This document shows, piece after piece, positions 49,725 through 61,251 of a stretch of 64,000 nucleotides of DNA (its first letter is position 1; every line of letters starts with the position of its first letter). The position numbers and the translations under genes are program-made. A model generated the notes under the pieces. It ran no database searches. It was given only the letters and a program-made list of their open reading frames with translations, and had not been told where the DNA came from. Origin of the DNA: Takakia lepidozioides (taxonomy: Eukaryota > Plantae > Bryophyta). Where the stretch lies: assembly GCA_030704615.1 (NCBI GenBank), contig CM060731.1, positions 80,600,001-80,664,000 on the forward strand, given 5' to 3'.

Positions 49725-49955
49725 ATAGTTGGGGAATGACAAGCAGCTGTAGTGTGAACCTATGGACTAGGTAGCATTCGAGAGGAGCCCCTGCTATCGG
49801 ATATAGCAGGTTGCCCTGACACCTCGCCGAGTACTATTTCATAGTTGGGGAATGACAGGCAGCCCTAGTGTGAACCTATAGACTAGGGAGCCAGGACCTA
49901 CCGGGCCGCGTAGTGTTGTGGCGACCTGCTATATCCGATAGCAGGGGCTCCTCTC
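49725..49955. repeat. Direct repeat (47 bp) interleaved with a 36-bp inverted repeat
   Basis: ATAGTTGGGGAATGAC...GACTAGG at 49725 and 49841; inverted-repeat arms at 49780-49815 and 49920-49955 (35/36 identical). Confidence 0.8.
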
Positions 49956-50366
49956 CTCTAGCGCTACCGGACATAACTGGTGTTTAGGGCAATGAGCAGG
50001 CAGTTTACCCTTGTACGTACCTACCACCACCGGATATAGCAGGGAGCCAGGACCTACCTGCGTAGGTAGTTAAAATCTAGTAGGTCGGAGAATACCACAT
50101 ATAGCACTCCTCCTCAAATCCAGTAGAAACATGCCACATCAGCGAGTTTGCTCTAAAAATCTGTTATCCCGCGGCTCGACTATTCAGGGCCCACATTACA
50201 GGCCAGTAACCACGCGACTCGCACTGGCTACCTGACATAACCGGTTTCAGGATCGTTAGATTTTCCCCATCTTTGTAGTCCATTTCTTAAAATCTTGTGT
50301 GCATCGGCAGATCAATTAAGCCCTGATTAACTTGACAGGCTAAACTGGTCAAATTTGAAGGGCGCA

Positions 50367-50530
50367 GAATATGGGTTATATTCCAGTGTCCTCGGAGCCA
50401 ATAAAAACTTGAGATGTCGGCGAAACTCATCCCAAAACTTTTAAATGTGAAGGGTGAAGAATATGGGTTATATTCCAGCGTCCACAAAGCCAATAAAACC
50501 TTGACGCGTCGGCGAAACTAATCCCAAAAC
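50367..50530. repeat. Duplicated ~72-bp unit with a 92-bp period
   Basis: GAATATGGGTTATATTCCAG.GTCC...GTCGGCGAAACT.ATCCCAAAAC occurs twice. Confidence 0.8.
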
Positions 50531-51459
50531 CGGTTATGTATAATGTGAAGGCTTGTTTTGAGGGAGAGGAATATGCGGTGTTCCTCACCGATAGCGCTCT
50601 AGAAAAGAAAGGGGTTAGTTTAGAAGAGCATGCAATGCTCGTATTGAAGCACTAGAGCACGCGGAGGACAGCACATAGGATTCTCACGCCTATTCATCCA
50701 CAGGCAGTACATAGAAGCCACACAGATGCACACCTTTCATACACAATTTCACCAAAAGCCCCTTGATCCAAGCTCAGGCTGATTTTATACGGGAGATCAG
50801 AGGTTAAGCCCCAGGGCACGTGCTTGCTTGCTACAAGACAGCCAGATTTTTGCTAAGATCAAACCGTTGGTCAGCCAACGGTACGGATGCAGCCGTTCTA
50901 GCCTAGGTTACCAGTATTGCCGCGTATGTATAACGGTTTGGCCGCCAGATACATAAAGATAGGGATGGGCACTGTCAGGAAAACCACCATTATAAGGCAA
51001 GGAGATTATGCAGCATCACATATCTGAAGGCTAGCCCCCTTTAAAATCTGAGCTCCGCGAGGTAAGCTAATACTAAGATTAACACACCCCTAAGTGAAAC
51101 CTCCTCCATTGCTAGATTAAAAACCTTGATGGGGAAAAACCCGGCACCTACAAGTTGGGCCAAAGGACAAAATCCACCCAGAAGGAAAACCGTGCAAGGA
51201 GTACAAGCGAGGTATCACCTGATGCTATACTGCAGTAAACTAATCCGAATAAAACATCTAAAAGACTAAGCTAAAGATTAGGAATGACCAGCTTGAGAAG
51301 CTAAAGACGTGAACACCACCGAACGTCCCTCCACGTTAATGCATGTGAGATCAAACACCAAAGTCGAGTGGATCAAATCAGTAAGGTGAACCCGTTTATC
51401 ATGGTAGCGTGTATTAGTGCCTTTGGGCACAATCATAGCACGCTGATCACGTAGCAGCT

Positions 51460-54308
51460 TGTAGAGTAAATATAACAAGGTAGAATCTAGAAGGTTCTAG
51501 ATGGAGGAGGAAAGTTCCCTAGAAGTTTCCAAAATAACTAGGAAGTTTGACTTAAGGAAGTTTGACTTGAGGCTCTCAAGTCAAACCTATAAGATATTTA
51601 TATTATTGAGAATAGGTCAAATGTTTGATAAAATCATATTATGTAGTATATGTCAAACCTATGAACCGTTGACTTTAGGAAGTTTTGACTTGAGGCTCTC
51701 GAGTCAAACTTTTCAAATAATCATATTGTGAAGGGTATATAAACATGCAATGAAAATCTAGAAGGCATCGAGTTGTTTTGGGAAAAAATTGAGAAGTATT
51801 TTTATTCTAGTTTGTGTAGATCTTGGGTGTTACAATGGTATCAGAGCCTAGACTTTCTTAAAGTTGGGAGTGAATACCTCTTTAGAGGGATTCGATTAAG
51901 ATGTTTTTTTTAAGAGATTTTTGTTGTTAAACATAGCAAGAATGAATCACTAGTTGCTTAAAGAGGTGGTTTGTCCAAAGTTGAGGCATTCACTTGTGTT
52001 GAAAGCCTTGTGCTGCAGACCGAAGCAAACGAGGGCCAACCTATGGACATAAACACAGCAGACGATATTAACCAGGAAGGAGCTGTAGAGTTTGAAAGAG
52101 GTGGCACACTCCCACCAAACCAAGAAGCCCCCTTGGAAGCCCTCGAGCAACTTGTTTTTTAGGACAGCAGTTGGGATCCCATCAGAAATACACAAGTTGG
52201 AACGAGTCAGATGCTATTGGACATCATAGGACTTGACAATACAGACGTTGTCCTTAAATTGTTGGAACCACAACAAAGGGTTTCCCACCAGGCCCGCCAC
52301 AGGGTGGACATGGAGATTGATTGGATAGGGGAAGCCACTGAGGAGGAGGCTGTGATAATGTCAAGACTTACCAGTAATGGAACAGCTGACCTTGTTCGAG
52401 AGGTGAATCGAAGAGCCAGTTACAGATTGAGAACTGGCAGTGGTAAAGAGGCTGGTGAGACAGGGGCAGGAAGCTCTGGGGATGAAGGAGATGAACACTT
52501 TTCCATGACCCCTCCACGAGCTGCCCTTGCCTTGGCCCGCCATCCATCACCCATCTGTTATGAAAGTCATTACAGGGAGTTCATGATTTCAACGCTGCTA
52601 GCGCCGTTTTCTGTGATTTTCCTTCGGAGTGTGAGTTTAAAATTATATGTCGTCGTAAGGCAGAAATTAGAGATATGATAGTACAGAGATTTGGAGAGGA
52701 ACAATATCAAGAAGTGTTACAAAACCCACGACCTGTCGTATTTCTTATAATTAGAAATTGGAAGGTATACATATGTGTATATACAAAGTTCATGGATCGA
52801 GGTAGATATTTTCCGCCTAATTTTCCACCGCTAAATGTATTTAGTATCAATGTGCGTGCTATCGACAAACATCATCTTGTAAGATTTTTAGTTGCAGAAT
52901 TTGGAGTAGAATTCATGAACCTTGTCATGAGTTCAAACGTCCCTTTTGTATTATCAATAGTCACGTACGGGATGGTTTGGGATTGCACTATTTACATATT
53001 GTATTACGATAAGATAATAGAGATAATATACATTAATCTTAGAAGACAAACACCACGAAGGAAAGAGTAGTGGAGAAGTATTGGGCTATCGCATTGCACT
53101 CTACATTCACAACACGTTCATTTATAGGTGACTGTTTTTTATTGCTTACATTGCTAGGTCCCAGGGGAGTGGATACTCAGGATGGACACGGTTGCCTTAC
53201 CAAATGTGTCAGCTCTGCTGCTGCCTCTTCCTTGGCCTCTTCCTGTCCACCCAACCATGACACGTACCATGAAAAACTCACTTGATATTTCTATCCCACT
53301 CTTCTTATTGAGTAAACCAGAAACAATAGACAATCATGTAGCCAAGTGCTACGCGATGAACAGCTGTAGAATCTAACAAGCGAGGACTGGGATAAAAACA
53401 GAGATAAAAATGCGTACGTTGCCAATCCCTCTGTAGGTATACTAAACAGGGCAACTACCTCATAACGATACCTCAACCTGCATATAGGCTGATTTGACCA
53501 GGTTTCTTTGTAAGTCATGCGCTATACCTCTGGTGGTATACTAAACAGGGCTACTGTTTCATGACGATACCTCCGCATAAATATAGATTAATTTGGCCAA
53601 CTTTTCTTGTAAAATGAAATACTATACCTCTGTAGATATATCAAACAGGGCTACAACCTAATGACGATACCTCTACTAGGCTCTCTCTCTAGTATATATC
53701 TCTCCTTTAGGGTGGACAACGCACACACTACTCATCAAGCCAATGATCAGACGGTGTGGATAATGGAGCGCTTACACAAATTGCAGAATGTTCTTGTCAC
53801 GACCCAACAACAAAACAACGTGTTGATGGATGAGCTTAAACAAGTGAAACAATCAACTATTTATTAGCTGCGGATGTGAGACGAGGTGGAGGCGTACGTT
53901 CGAAGTTGCATGAAATGTCAACAAAACAAGTCAACAAACCGCATGCCAACAGGTCTTTTACAACCACTACCAGTACCAAATAGACGTTGGGAACATATGA
54001 GCATGGATTTAGTTTGTGAGTTACCTCAAACCGCATTGGGATACGACACTATAGTGGTCTTTGTAGACAAATTGAGTAAGATGATACACATCCGTCCCAC
54101 TAGAAAATCTGTCACTGCATCTGAACTAGCTCGACTATATCTGGAAGCGGTTTATTCCCATCATGGGCTATCTAAAGTTCTCATTACTGACAGGGATACC
54201 CAATTTACTAGCTTGTTTTGGAAAAGCTTATTTGGTCTTTTTAAAACCAAATTAGTTATGTCAACAGTTTTTCATCCGGAGTCAGATGGACAGACAGAGC
54301 GAGCGAGC
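51460..54308 (+). mobile_element. Ty3/gypsy LTR retrotransposon remnant: 5' LTR 51460-51834, tRNA-iMet PBS, unassigned ORFs and an integrase fragment
   Basis: LTR TGTA...TACA; PBS TGGTATCAGAGCC at 51836-51848; three ~99-bp tandem repeats at 53430-53680; integrase at ~53860-54305. Membership of all parts in one element is inferred. Confidence 0.75.
53862..54305 (+). pseudogene. Gypsy integrase (zinc-finger end plus DDE core N-half)
   Basis: Y*LRM*DEVEAYVRSCMKCQQNK...GLLQPLPVPNRRWEHMSMDLV...VFVDKLSKMIH...HGL..VLITDRDTQFTSLFW...STVFHPESDGQTERA. Confidence 0.9.
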
Positions 54309-56499
54309 TGTCGTGCGCATACATATCGCTACACAACTACATCGCTGTCCAAACCACACCACATATATATGCACAATAAAGTAGTCTACCACAATAGCAA
54401 GAAGGGTTAGAGAGAGGCAGTAGAGGGGTGGAGGAGTCCATGAGCAACATTATAGGGACGCCGCACAACAGCGTAGTAAATAGCAGCTTTGGCCATGGCG
54501 GTGATCGTAGCTAAGTCACTGGCGAGGATAAGATAGCGGGAGCTCTAAAAACATTACAAAGAGAAGAGGGTCTAGCTGGGAAGATAGCGGAACCCTAGAT
54601 AGTTACTCATGACTAAGAAGTTAGTGGAGAACTCATCGGGGAGGCGGAGCTCCGCCCCCCGTCTCTCAGCCCTCCCTCAGATAAATATTTCTTATTGAAC
54701 AATTTATGAAAAATACATGGATGAATTTTCAGGTTTATTATGGATGAAAGTAGATTTCGCTATTGGCAACAAGGAGCCATATGAGTCTAGCCGCTTGTTT
54801 TATAATTGTTGGCTGGTTGGCCACAAATATGGATGATATTTAACATACACTTATGTGGCTGAACCCACGATCACTTGAAAAGGTGGCTTAGTGTCCTAAC
54901 CATTGGGCAACCTGTTGGACGCTTCGGTGTAAGAGAAAAAAAATATGGTGCGGAAAATTCAAAACACTACCACAACCTCCAATATGCTCATGCATCAGGC
55001 ACAAACATACTTAAATCTCAGACCACTTGGGTAATATCCCAAAAATATACAGACAAAAATCCAAAGTGAAAAGCCCAAAATGGGCCTAGTGGGCGCTTGA
55101 GGGTTAAGAAACTTTGGCTAGCTAGATAATGGTATTCTTATCCAATTCCTTCAATTAACATCATTGAACATTTACAAAGCTCAAAAATTGAGATCTTTGT
55201 GTTTATTTCAACATACGTTTGATAATTCGTAAAAATAAACATAGAAAAGACAATGTCACATTCATTTAATAGTATCAAAGAGCCATTCTACTTTATGAGT
55301 TGAGAAATGGTTTTGTATAATTTCTTTGTAAGTCCATTGTATTGAAGGATGATGACACAATGCTTAGTATTGTGATGCCCACATTTTACCTCTGGGACAG
55401 TCTCCTTGACAGATGAGTTATGGTGCCATCATCTGTAATGTAGAGAAGTGTTCGAAACTACTGTTATAGTCTACCATAGATGTACCGTTGAAAATACACA
55501 TTTATTTAAGTGAGCCATTGATCCTTCTGGTGGCTTAGATTTTATGACCTGACCTCTCGCCTATATTGGGATGACGCGTGATTGTAACTAGGATACGACA
55601 TGGTTTCAAATAGAATGTTTCTCGGGCTAGAAATTGGGGTGGTATGTCTTTGTGTTTAGATTTCGTGTACAAGGGTGTCTGGTGTATGATTTAAGAGGAA
55701 CTGTGTGTGATGGAAAGACGGCTGCTCTTGGGACTCTGTGAATGACTCAATAATGTAGGGTTCCAGACAGAGTCGTCTACGATAAATCTTCTTCTCATTG
55801 CGTTGCTCGTTTTATCGTACTGCATTCTCCCTTACACGAGCTCATAAGAAAAGGAAGAAGACAAGCCACCTCCACAAAATTCCATAGGTGTTCCGTAAGA
55901 ATTTCTAGAGAACAATCATGTTGAAGTATTATATTGTCGAAGATCGACTGTTCCATTCCATTGTTGTCATTAACAACCCATTTTGACATGTAGTGGACTG
56001 GTTGCTGCAACAATATAAACATGCCCATTTGTCACCAATTTATTTACAGTGTCGTGCGCATACGTATTGCCACAATGAAATACTATGTACAAAAATAAAA
56101 TATGAACACTATGCATTTCACTCATCAAACAAAGAGTCGAGCCATGTGCACCCCAGACTGTGAGGAATCCATACGACATACCATGGCCGGACGCGGGAGG
56201 CTCAACTCAAGAAAGTCGAGCCTCACCGCGACTACGGTGAGGATAACCTCTCAGGTGGCTAAAAAAATCTTGACCCATGGTTTGAAATCTCAAGCGTCAA
56301 TATATATATATATATTTCTAACCAGTTCTGTATTAGTAGTAAAGTTAACTTCACGGTTGTTGTATGCATGCATATCACAACACAACCACATCGATGTCCA
56401 AACTACACAACACATATATACACACAAACTAGTCTGCCACGCATTACAACAAATTCTGGCTTGTACAACTGCCACTTTTGGCCAGTCATGCATATCTGT

Positions 56500-57382
56500 C
56501 TGTAAAATGTCAATTGCAGTCCTCAATGTCAATGGAGTTAGCCATACGTGACTACGTGACTCCTCGATCTGCGGTCAAACACACTTGATCGGATACATGC
56601 ATTGAGATGGTTGATACGACTACGAGTCATGTCCAACACTACACTAAGATGACATGGGCATTCCAATGTATGACTGCACGACTACACGTGTCGAATGTAA
56701 GATCGTACATATGACTAATAGTCATATATATGTCTACGACTAGATGACATGTCGTAGTAATGTATTACTACATGACTGTGACTGTGATGTCGTGTCCTAT
56801 GGTATATATGACTAAGAGTCATACATATGACTATGATGAGATATGTCAAAAGCTTTATATTTCAAAGTTTGTTATAGTTATATACAATCAAACCATATAC
56901 GTGGTATATATATGTGTGTTGGTTAGTGTATAGTGAGTCAGTGATGTCATGATGCGGAGGTCTTAGGTTCAAGTATGTATTGTCTAGTAATATGTGGGAT
57001 GGTGTGGGGTCAACGGTCAACAGTCAACGCACATTCCAAATTTTGAATTTCAAAATTGAACCATCAAATAATTTGAATTTAATTTTTGAGTTTCAAATTT
57101 CAAATTTTTTCAATCATATGTTTAGAGAGCCACGTCATCATCACGTCAAGCTGACATAGACTGTTGGAGTCATAGATTGCAGTCATGATCTATGACTATG
57201 ATGAGGCATCTTAGGTGCCATGTCAACAGTCAGTACCGCGATTGACGCTTATGACTTTATGACGCTTTATGACTGCAATGTCATAATTGGAATAAGGTTT
57301 TTTTCACTTGATAGTCATGAAGTCATAAATGGCTGATACTATTACAAAACAACAATCATAAAAGTCGAAATTTGCTGTAGTG
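56500..57382. mobile_element. CACTA terminal region; left boundary unresolved
   Basis: Terminus ...ATTTGCTGTAGTG at 57382 with dense ATGACT/AGTCAT subterminal repeats. It abuts the first 3 nt (TGT) of a gypsy 3' LTR on the minus strand. Confidence 0.75.
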
Positions 57383-58823
57383 ACAATCATCCCCCTGCTA
57401 GTGGTTAGGTCTCTCTAACTCTTTATAGCTACAAAATGTAATAATAGCCACAACATCTCTAGGTCCTCTATTACTGTCCCTATTCTACTCAAACTCGATA
57501 GATCAAGAGGCAGGGTACAAGAGTAGCTGCATCGTTAGTTGTCGTCTTGTAATCTGTAAACTTGAGCCAGTGATCTCATGTATTGCTCTCATAGTCGCTC
57601 GGTATTGTGTTTCTTATTAGCCTTCCATGGTTGTATCCATACCACTATGAATTATGCAACGCGGACACAACCAATCCCCATCATGACCATCTCAGAAGTA
57701 GCGTTAAATATCTCATATGCCAGCCTCTTGAGCATCAATCGTACACAAGCATGGTGTTTGCCCCTCTAGTAGATTCACATAACATACACTGTTAGGTTTG
57801 GGTCAATCTTGCCATCAATGTTGGGAAGATGACATGACGCGCAATTACGCACATGGTTCTTCCAAATTATGTCATCCTCGACCTTCCAAGATCATGACTC
57901 ATGAGGGCAACACCTCTGGAACCCTCAGAATAATATGTCATGCAGTAACGTCCAGGGTCGGAGGAACAGTCTGCTACATATAAACATAGGCACTAGGATG
58001 AAACCTTCAGACATTGGAACGATAGCCCTATCACGTATAATGACATACCTCAACATATCGCGGTGATGTGCAATGACAAGGTTATCAAAGCCCCGGGCAT
58101 GACTTTCTTGAACAACTCTGCACGCTGACCACATGCACGTGCCCACACGTTTAGATCCTCAAGGTTGAAAACTGTACCAATGACTTTACAAATGGCTGTA
58201 GGCAAATCAAGCTCTCGGTCAAAGAGAAGAAAATCCGGTGAGAAGGAAGCAGGTGTTGTCTACTTGCAAACCTGTACTAACCCATGGCTAACCAAGACAG
58301 TTAAAGTCCCAATCTCCCAAGTGTCCCTTCTGCAATCCATACTTGTGCAACCTCTCTAGACCGTTTGCACAACTTTCTCTGTCAAGCCATCGGCCTCGGG
58401 ATGATCTCGAGAAATGGTGGGATGGTCTATTAAGGCTTTGTTACACAACGCCTGAAACTCTTCTAAGAACTCTCTCCCTTGGTCTGTAAGCACCTCAGTT
58501 GGAGCACTGAATCGGCTAAGCACAGATCTACAAATGCATACACAGCCCCATCAATAGCCTTGTCTGGCAATAGAACCAAGTCGGTCCACTTGGTGAAGTG
58601 TTGCACCATCACCAACACGTATCTATGGCGTCGGATTGTCAATGAATGACTATGGTCCTACAAAGTCAAAGACTTCATCGGTAGCCTAATCCCACGACGG
58701 GTAAATGATGCAGCTGTTTATAATGGCGTTGAATGAAGCATACACCTGTCACACACCATACACCTAGCTACAAATTGTTGCATCTTTGTATGCATATTGC
58801 ACCATTAATACTGCCCATGCAAT
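57383..58823 (-). mobile_element. Decayed Ty3/gypsy integrase, 3' region and polypurine tract
   Basis: ...LHHLPVVGLGYR...VLSRFSAPTEVLTDQGREFLEEFQALCNKALIDHPTISRDHPEADGLTEKVVQTV; PPT-like AGCAGGGGGATGAT followed by TGT at 57385. Confidence 0.8.
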
Positions 58824-59100
58824 CACTACAACAAAATGCGTCGTTTATCACTGGGCATGTCATTCGAAATCCGGTGATTCACGACAAATCACCCAAAAAA
58901 CTCTTGGTTGCAAATGACCATTTGTTTTAGTCATAGAGTTGTTTGGGACATCAGTGATTTATGACCGGTGACCAAAATCACACTGACGCGATACTTCTTA
59001 TCAACGACTATTTTTTGTGCAGTCATTCTTACAAATTTGGCATGGCATACATCTTGGTGATTTAAGCTATCACTTACATATCACCAAATTCATAGGACAA
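58824..59100 (+). mobile_element. CACTA left terminus interrupting the gypsy integrase; right end not found
   Basis: CACTACAACAAAATGCGTCG at 58824, followed by TGAC/GTCA-type subterminal motifs. Confidence 0.65.
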
Positions 59101-59193
59101 AAGATCAAATTACTCTAATGAATGACTACCACCACATTTTGGGTGCTTGTTTGTGGTGTGTATGAAGTTGATGAGTGCATGCCGACAAAGATT

Positions 59194-59416
59194 TTTTTTA
59201 TTTTTATTTTTATTTTTAAAAGGGAAACACCTAGGAGCGACAGCTCACAAACCAGGCCCCTTAGTAGTGAGAGGAGAAACTAACCTCTTTCATTTATGCG
59301 CCATGAGGCGGAGGAATGGGGCACCACCCAGGAACTATACCACACCCAGTAGCAGGATTTGACCCGAGGATCGTCGTACTGAGTGCACTTAACCAACTGA
59401 GCTACTGACTGTTGGT
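59194..59416 (-). mobile_element. tRNA-derived SINE (223 bp)
   Basis: On the minus strand: A box TAGCTCAGTTGG, B box GGTCAAATCC, a (TAAAAA)n/poly-A tail, and a 7-bp TSD AAAGATT at 59187-59193 and 59417-59423. Confidence 0.85.
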
Positions 59417-60030
59417 AAAGATTCCAACTCTCCATGGTTGAGGGTAGAAGTTCAACAAATTTAAATTCAAATTGCAAAAAAAAAATTCGGAAAAATCTAT
59501 CTATTGCATGTGTACCGGCAAGATTTTCCGGTGTGTATGATTGGATGTTGGATGAATATTGAAGCATTTTGGCCGTCATCTAGGAAAGTCCCCTCTATGA
59601 GATCCCTTTGAAACTAACCTCATGTTGAGGAATCGGAGCATCTTCAACTACGGTCCCATAAACATTAATGCAAATGGCTATTTCTGAGCAAGAGGCCATT
59701 AATATAAGAGAAAGTGTTCACTTTCCAATGGAAGGCGTAGGCTTGGGGATAAAGAGACACCATAATTTATGATATCCACTACACTTCGCAATGTTCTATT
59801 TTCATACATACATACAGATAAAGTTGGTGACATCATGGCTCAATCGTGAGGAATCTGTCATTTCAATAAAATCTTCCAAGGATTCATCACTTCAATATGT
59901 CACTTCAAGCGGAATCGGAATCTATAGCAATGGCGGGAAGATTTCTCGTCCTGCTTGAAAGGGAACTGTGAAAGAGCAGCTGTTTCCGTTGGGTTATGGC
60001 GGATAGGGTTATGTTTGGATACCCTGGGAG

Positions 60031-61251
60031 ATGCCCGCTTTAGTCATCAAAATCCGCACAGTTTGCAGAAGGGTAAGAGAAAGTGGGTTTGGAGCAGCAG
60101 GACAGTTTGTGGGAGAGGGCTACGTGAAGAGAAGCTCATTACTTGGGTCAAGAATGCTTGGAACGTCCGGGCCAAATGGGGGGGGAATTCGACCAGATGA
60201 GGCCAAAGGAAGGGGCACAAGTTTTGTTGACAAGAAAGACAATGGGAGAGTGCAAGGCTATGGAGGGAGGGGAAAGACCGATTTCAGCAGTGCCCACACC
60301 GGCGTGGGCCTCAGGCCTGAATTCTCTGAAGCAGGGATCAGCTTCACTTGCTCTAGGGGAAGGCTACGTCCAGCCAATGGGGCTAATTCCAAGGAAGCAT
60401 TAGATGCACCTCAAGTCTCTCAAGTAAGTGCACTCTGCTCTGATGTTGTGAGATCGAAATTGTCTGAACTGGATTTGGGCTTTGAGCGGTTGGGAACAAT
60501 GCGATTGAGGGAAGGAGAGCGAGCCCTTCAATCCTCCAAAGTATCTGAGCTCTCAAGCGATGAGTCCAGATCAGAAGTCTTTTCAATTAATCTTGCGTCT
60601 TCATTAGTGAAAGCAAGGGTGATCCCAGCCACGGAATTGCATTACAAAGAAGCAGTGGCGAGTCTGCAATCATCTCAAGTGATTGCAGTTCCCACTGACA
60701 CTCTCTACGGCCTGGCATGTGATGCTTGCTCGGCTGCTGGTATAAGTCGGATTTATGAAATAAAGACCCGACGTGCTACCAGTCCATTGGCCGTATGTGT
60801 TGCGGATGTGGTGGATGTGGCAAGGTATGGGGTCACTTCACACTTGCCAGAGGGGCTTCTAGGGGCCCTTCTCCCAGGCCCAGTGACACTGCTATTACCT
60901 CGAGGGGAATCCAGCCTTTTATCCCCCTCTCTCAACCCAGGCATCCCCAGCATTGGCATTCGAATACCTGATAGTGACTTCATCCGGGGAGTTTCACGGG
61001 CCTTCGGTGGGGCTCTTGCACTTACCAGCGCAAATATTAGTAACCAGCTGAGCACTGTAAAGGTTGAGGAGTTTGAACAGCTATGGCCCAAATGTGCCTT
61101 TGTGTTTGATGCTGGCCCATTGCAAGCTGGGCGGGTGGGGTCCACCGTTGTAGACCTCACAGTGGAGGGGGTCTTCCAGTTTGTTCGGAAGGGGAGTGCT
61201 TTGGAGGAAACTAGAGGCAACCTATTATGTTTTGGATGGAGAGAGACATGA
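60031..61251 (+). CDS. YRDC: YrdC/Sua5 threonylcarbamoyl-AMP synthase with a long N-terminal, probably organellar-targeting extension; single coding exon
   Basis: VIAVPTDTLYGLACDA...IYEIKTR..SPLAVCV...LLPGPVTLLL...IGIRIPD...ALALTSANIS...GSTVVDL are all YrdC motifs, in an uninterrupted 406-aa ORF. Confidence 0.93.
   Translation: MPALVIKIRTVCRRVRESGFGAAGQFVGEGYVKRSSLLGSRMLGTSGPNGGGIRPDEAKGRGTSFVDKKDNGRVQGYGGRGKTDFSSAHTGVGLRPEFSEAGISFTCSRGRLRPANGANSKEALDAPQVSQVSALCSDVVRSKLSELDLGFERLGTMRLREGERALQSSKVSELSSDESRSEVFSINLASSLVKARVIPATELHYKEAVASLQSSQVIAVPTDTLYGLACDACSAAGISRIYEIKTRRATSPLAVCVADVVDVARYGVTSHLPEGLLGALLPGPVTLLLPRGESSLLSPSLNPGIPSIGIRIPDSDFIRGVSRAFGGALALTSANISNQLSTVKVEEFEQLWPKCAFVFDAGPLQAGRVGSTVVDLTVEGVFQFVRKGSALEETRGNLLCFGWRET

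Noticed and set aside
59340-59412. tRNA gene
   Set aside because: A and B boxes are present but no convincing cloverleaf; the tail and TSD identify it as a SINE head.
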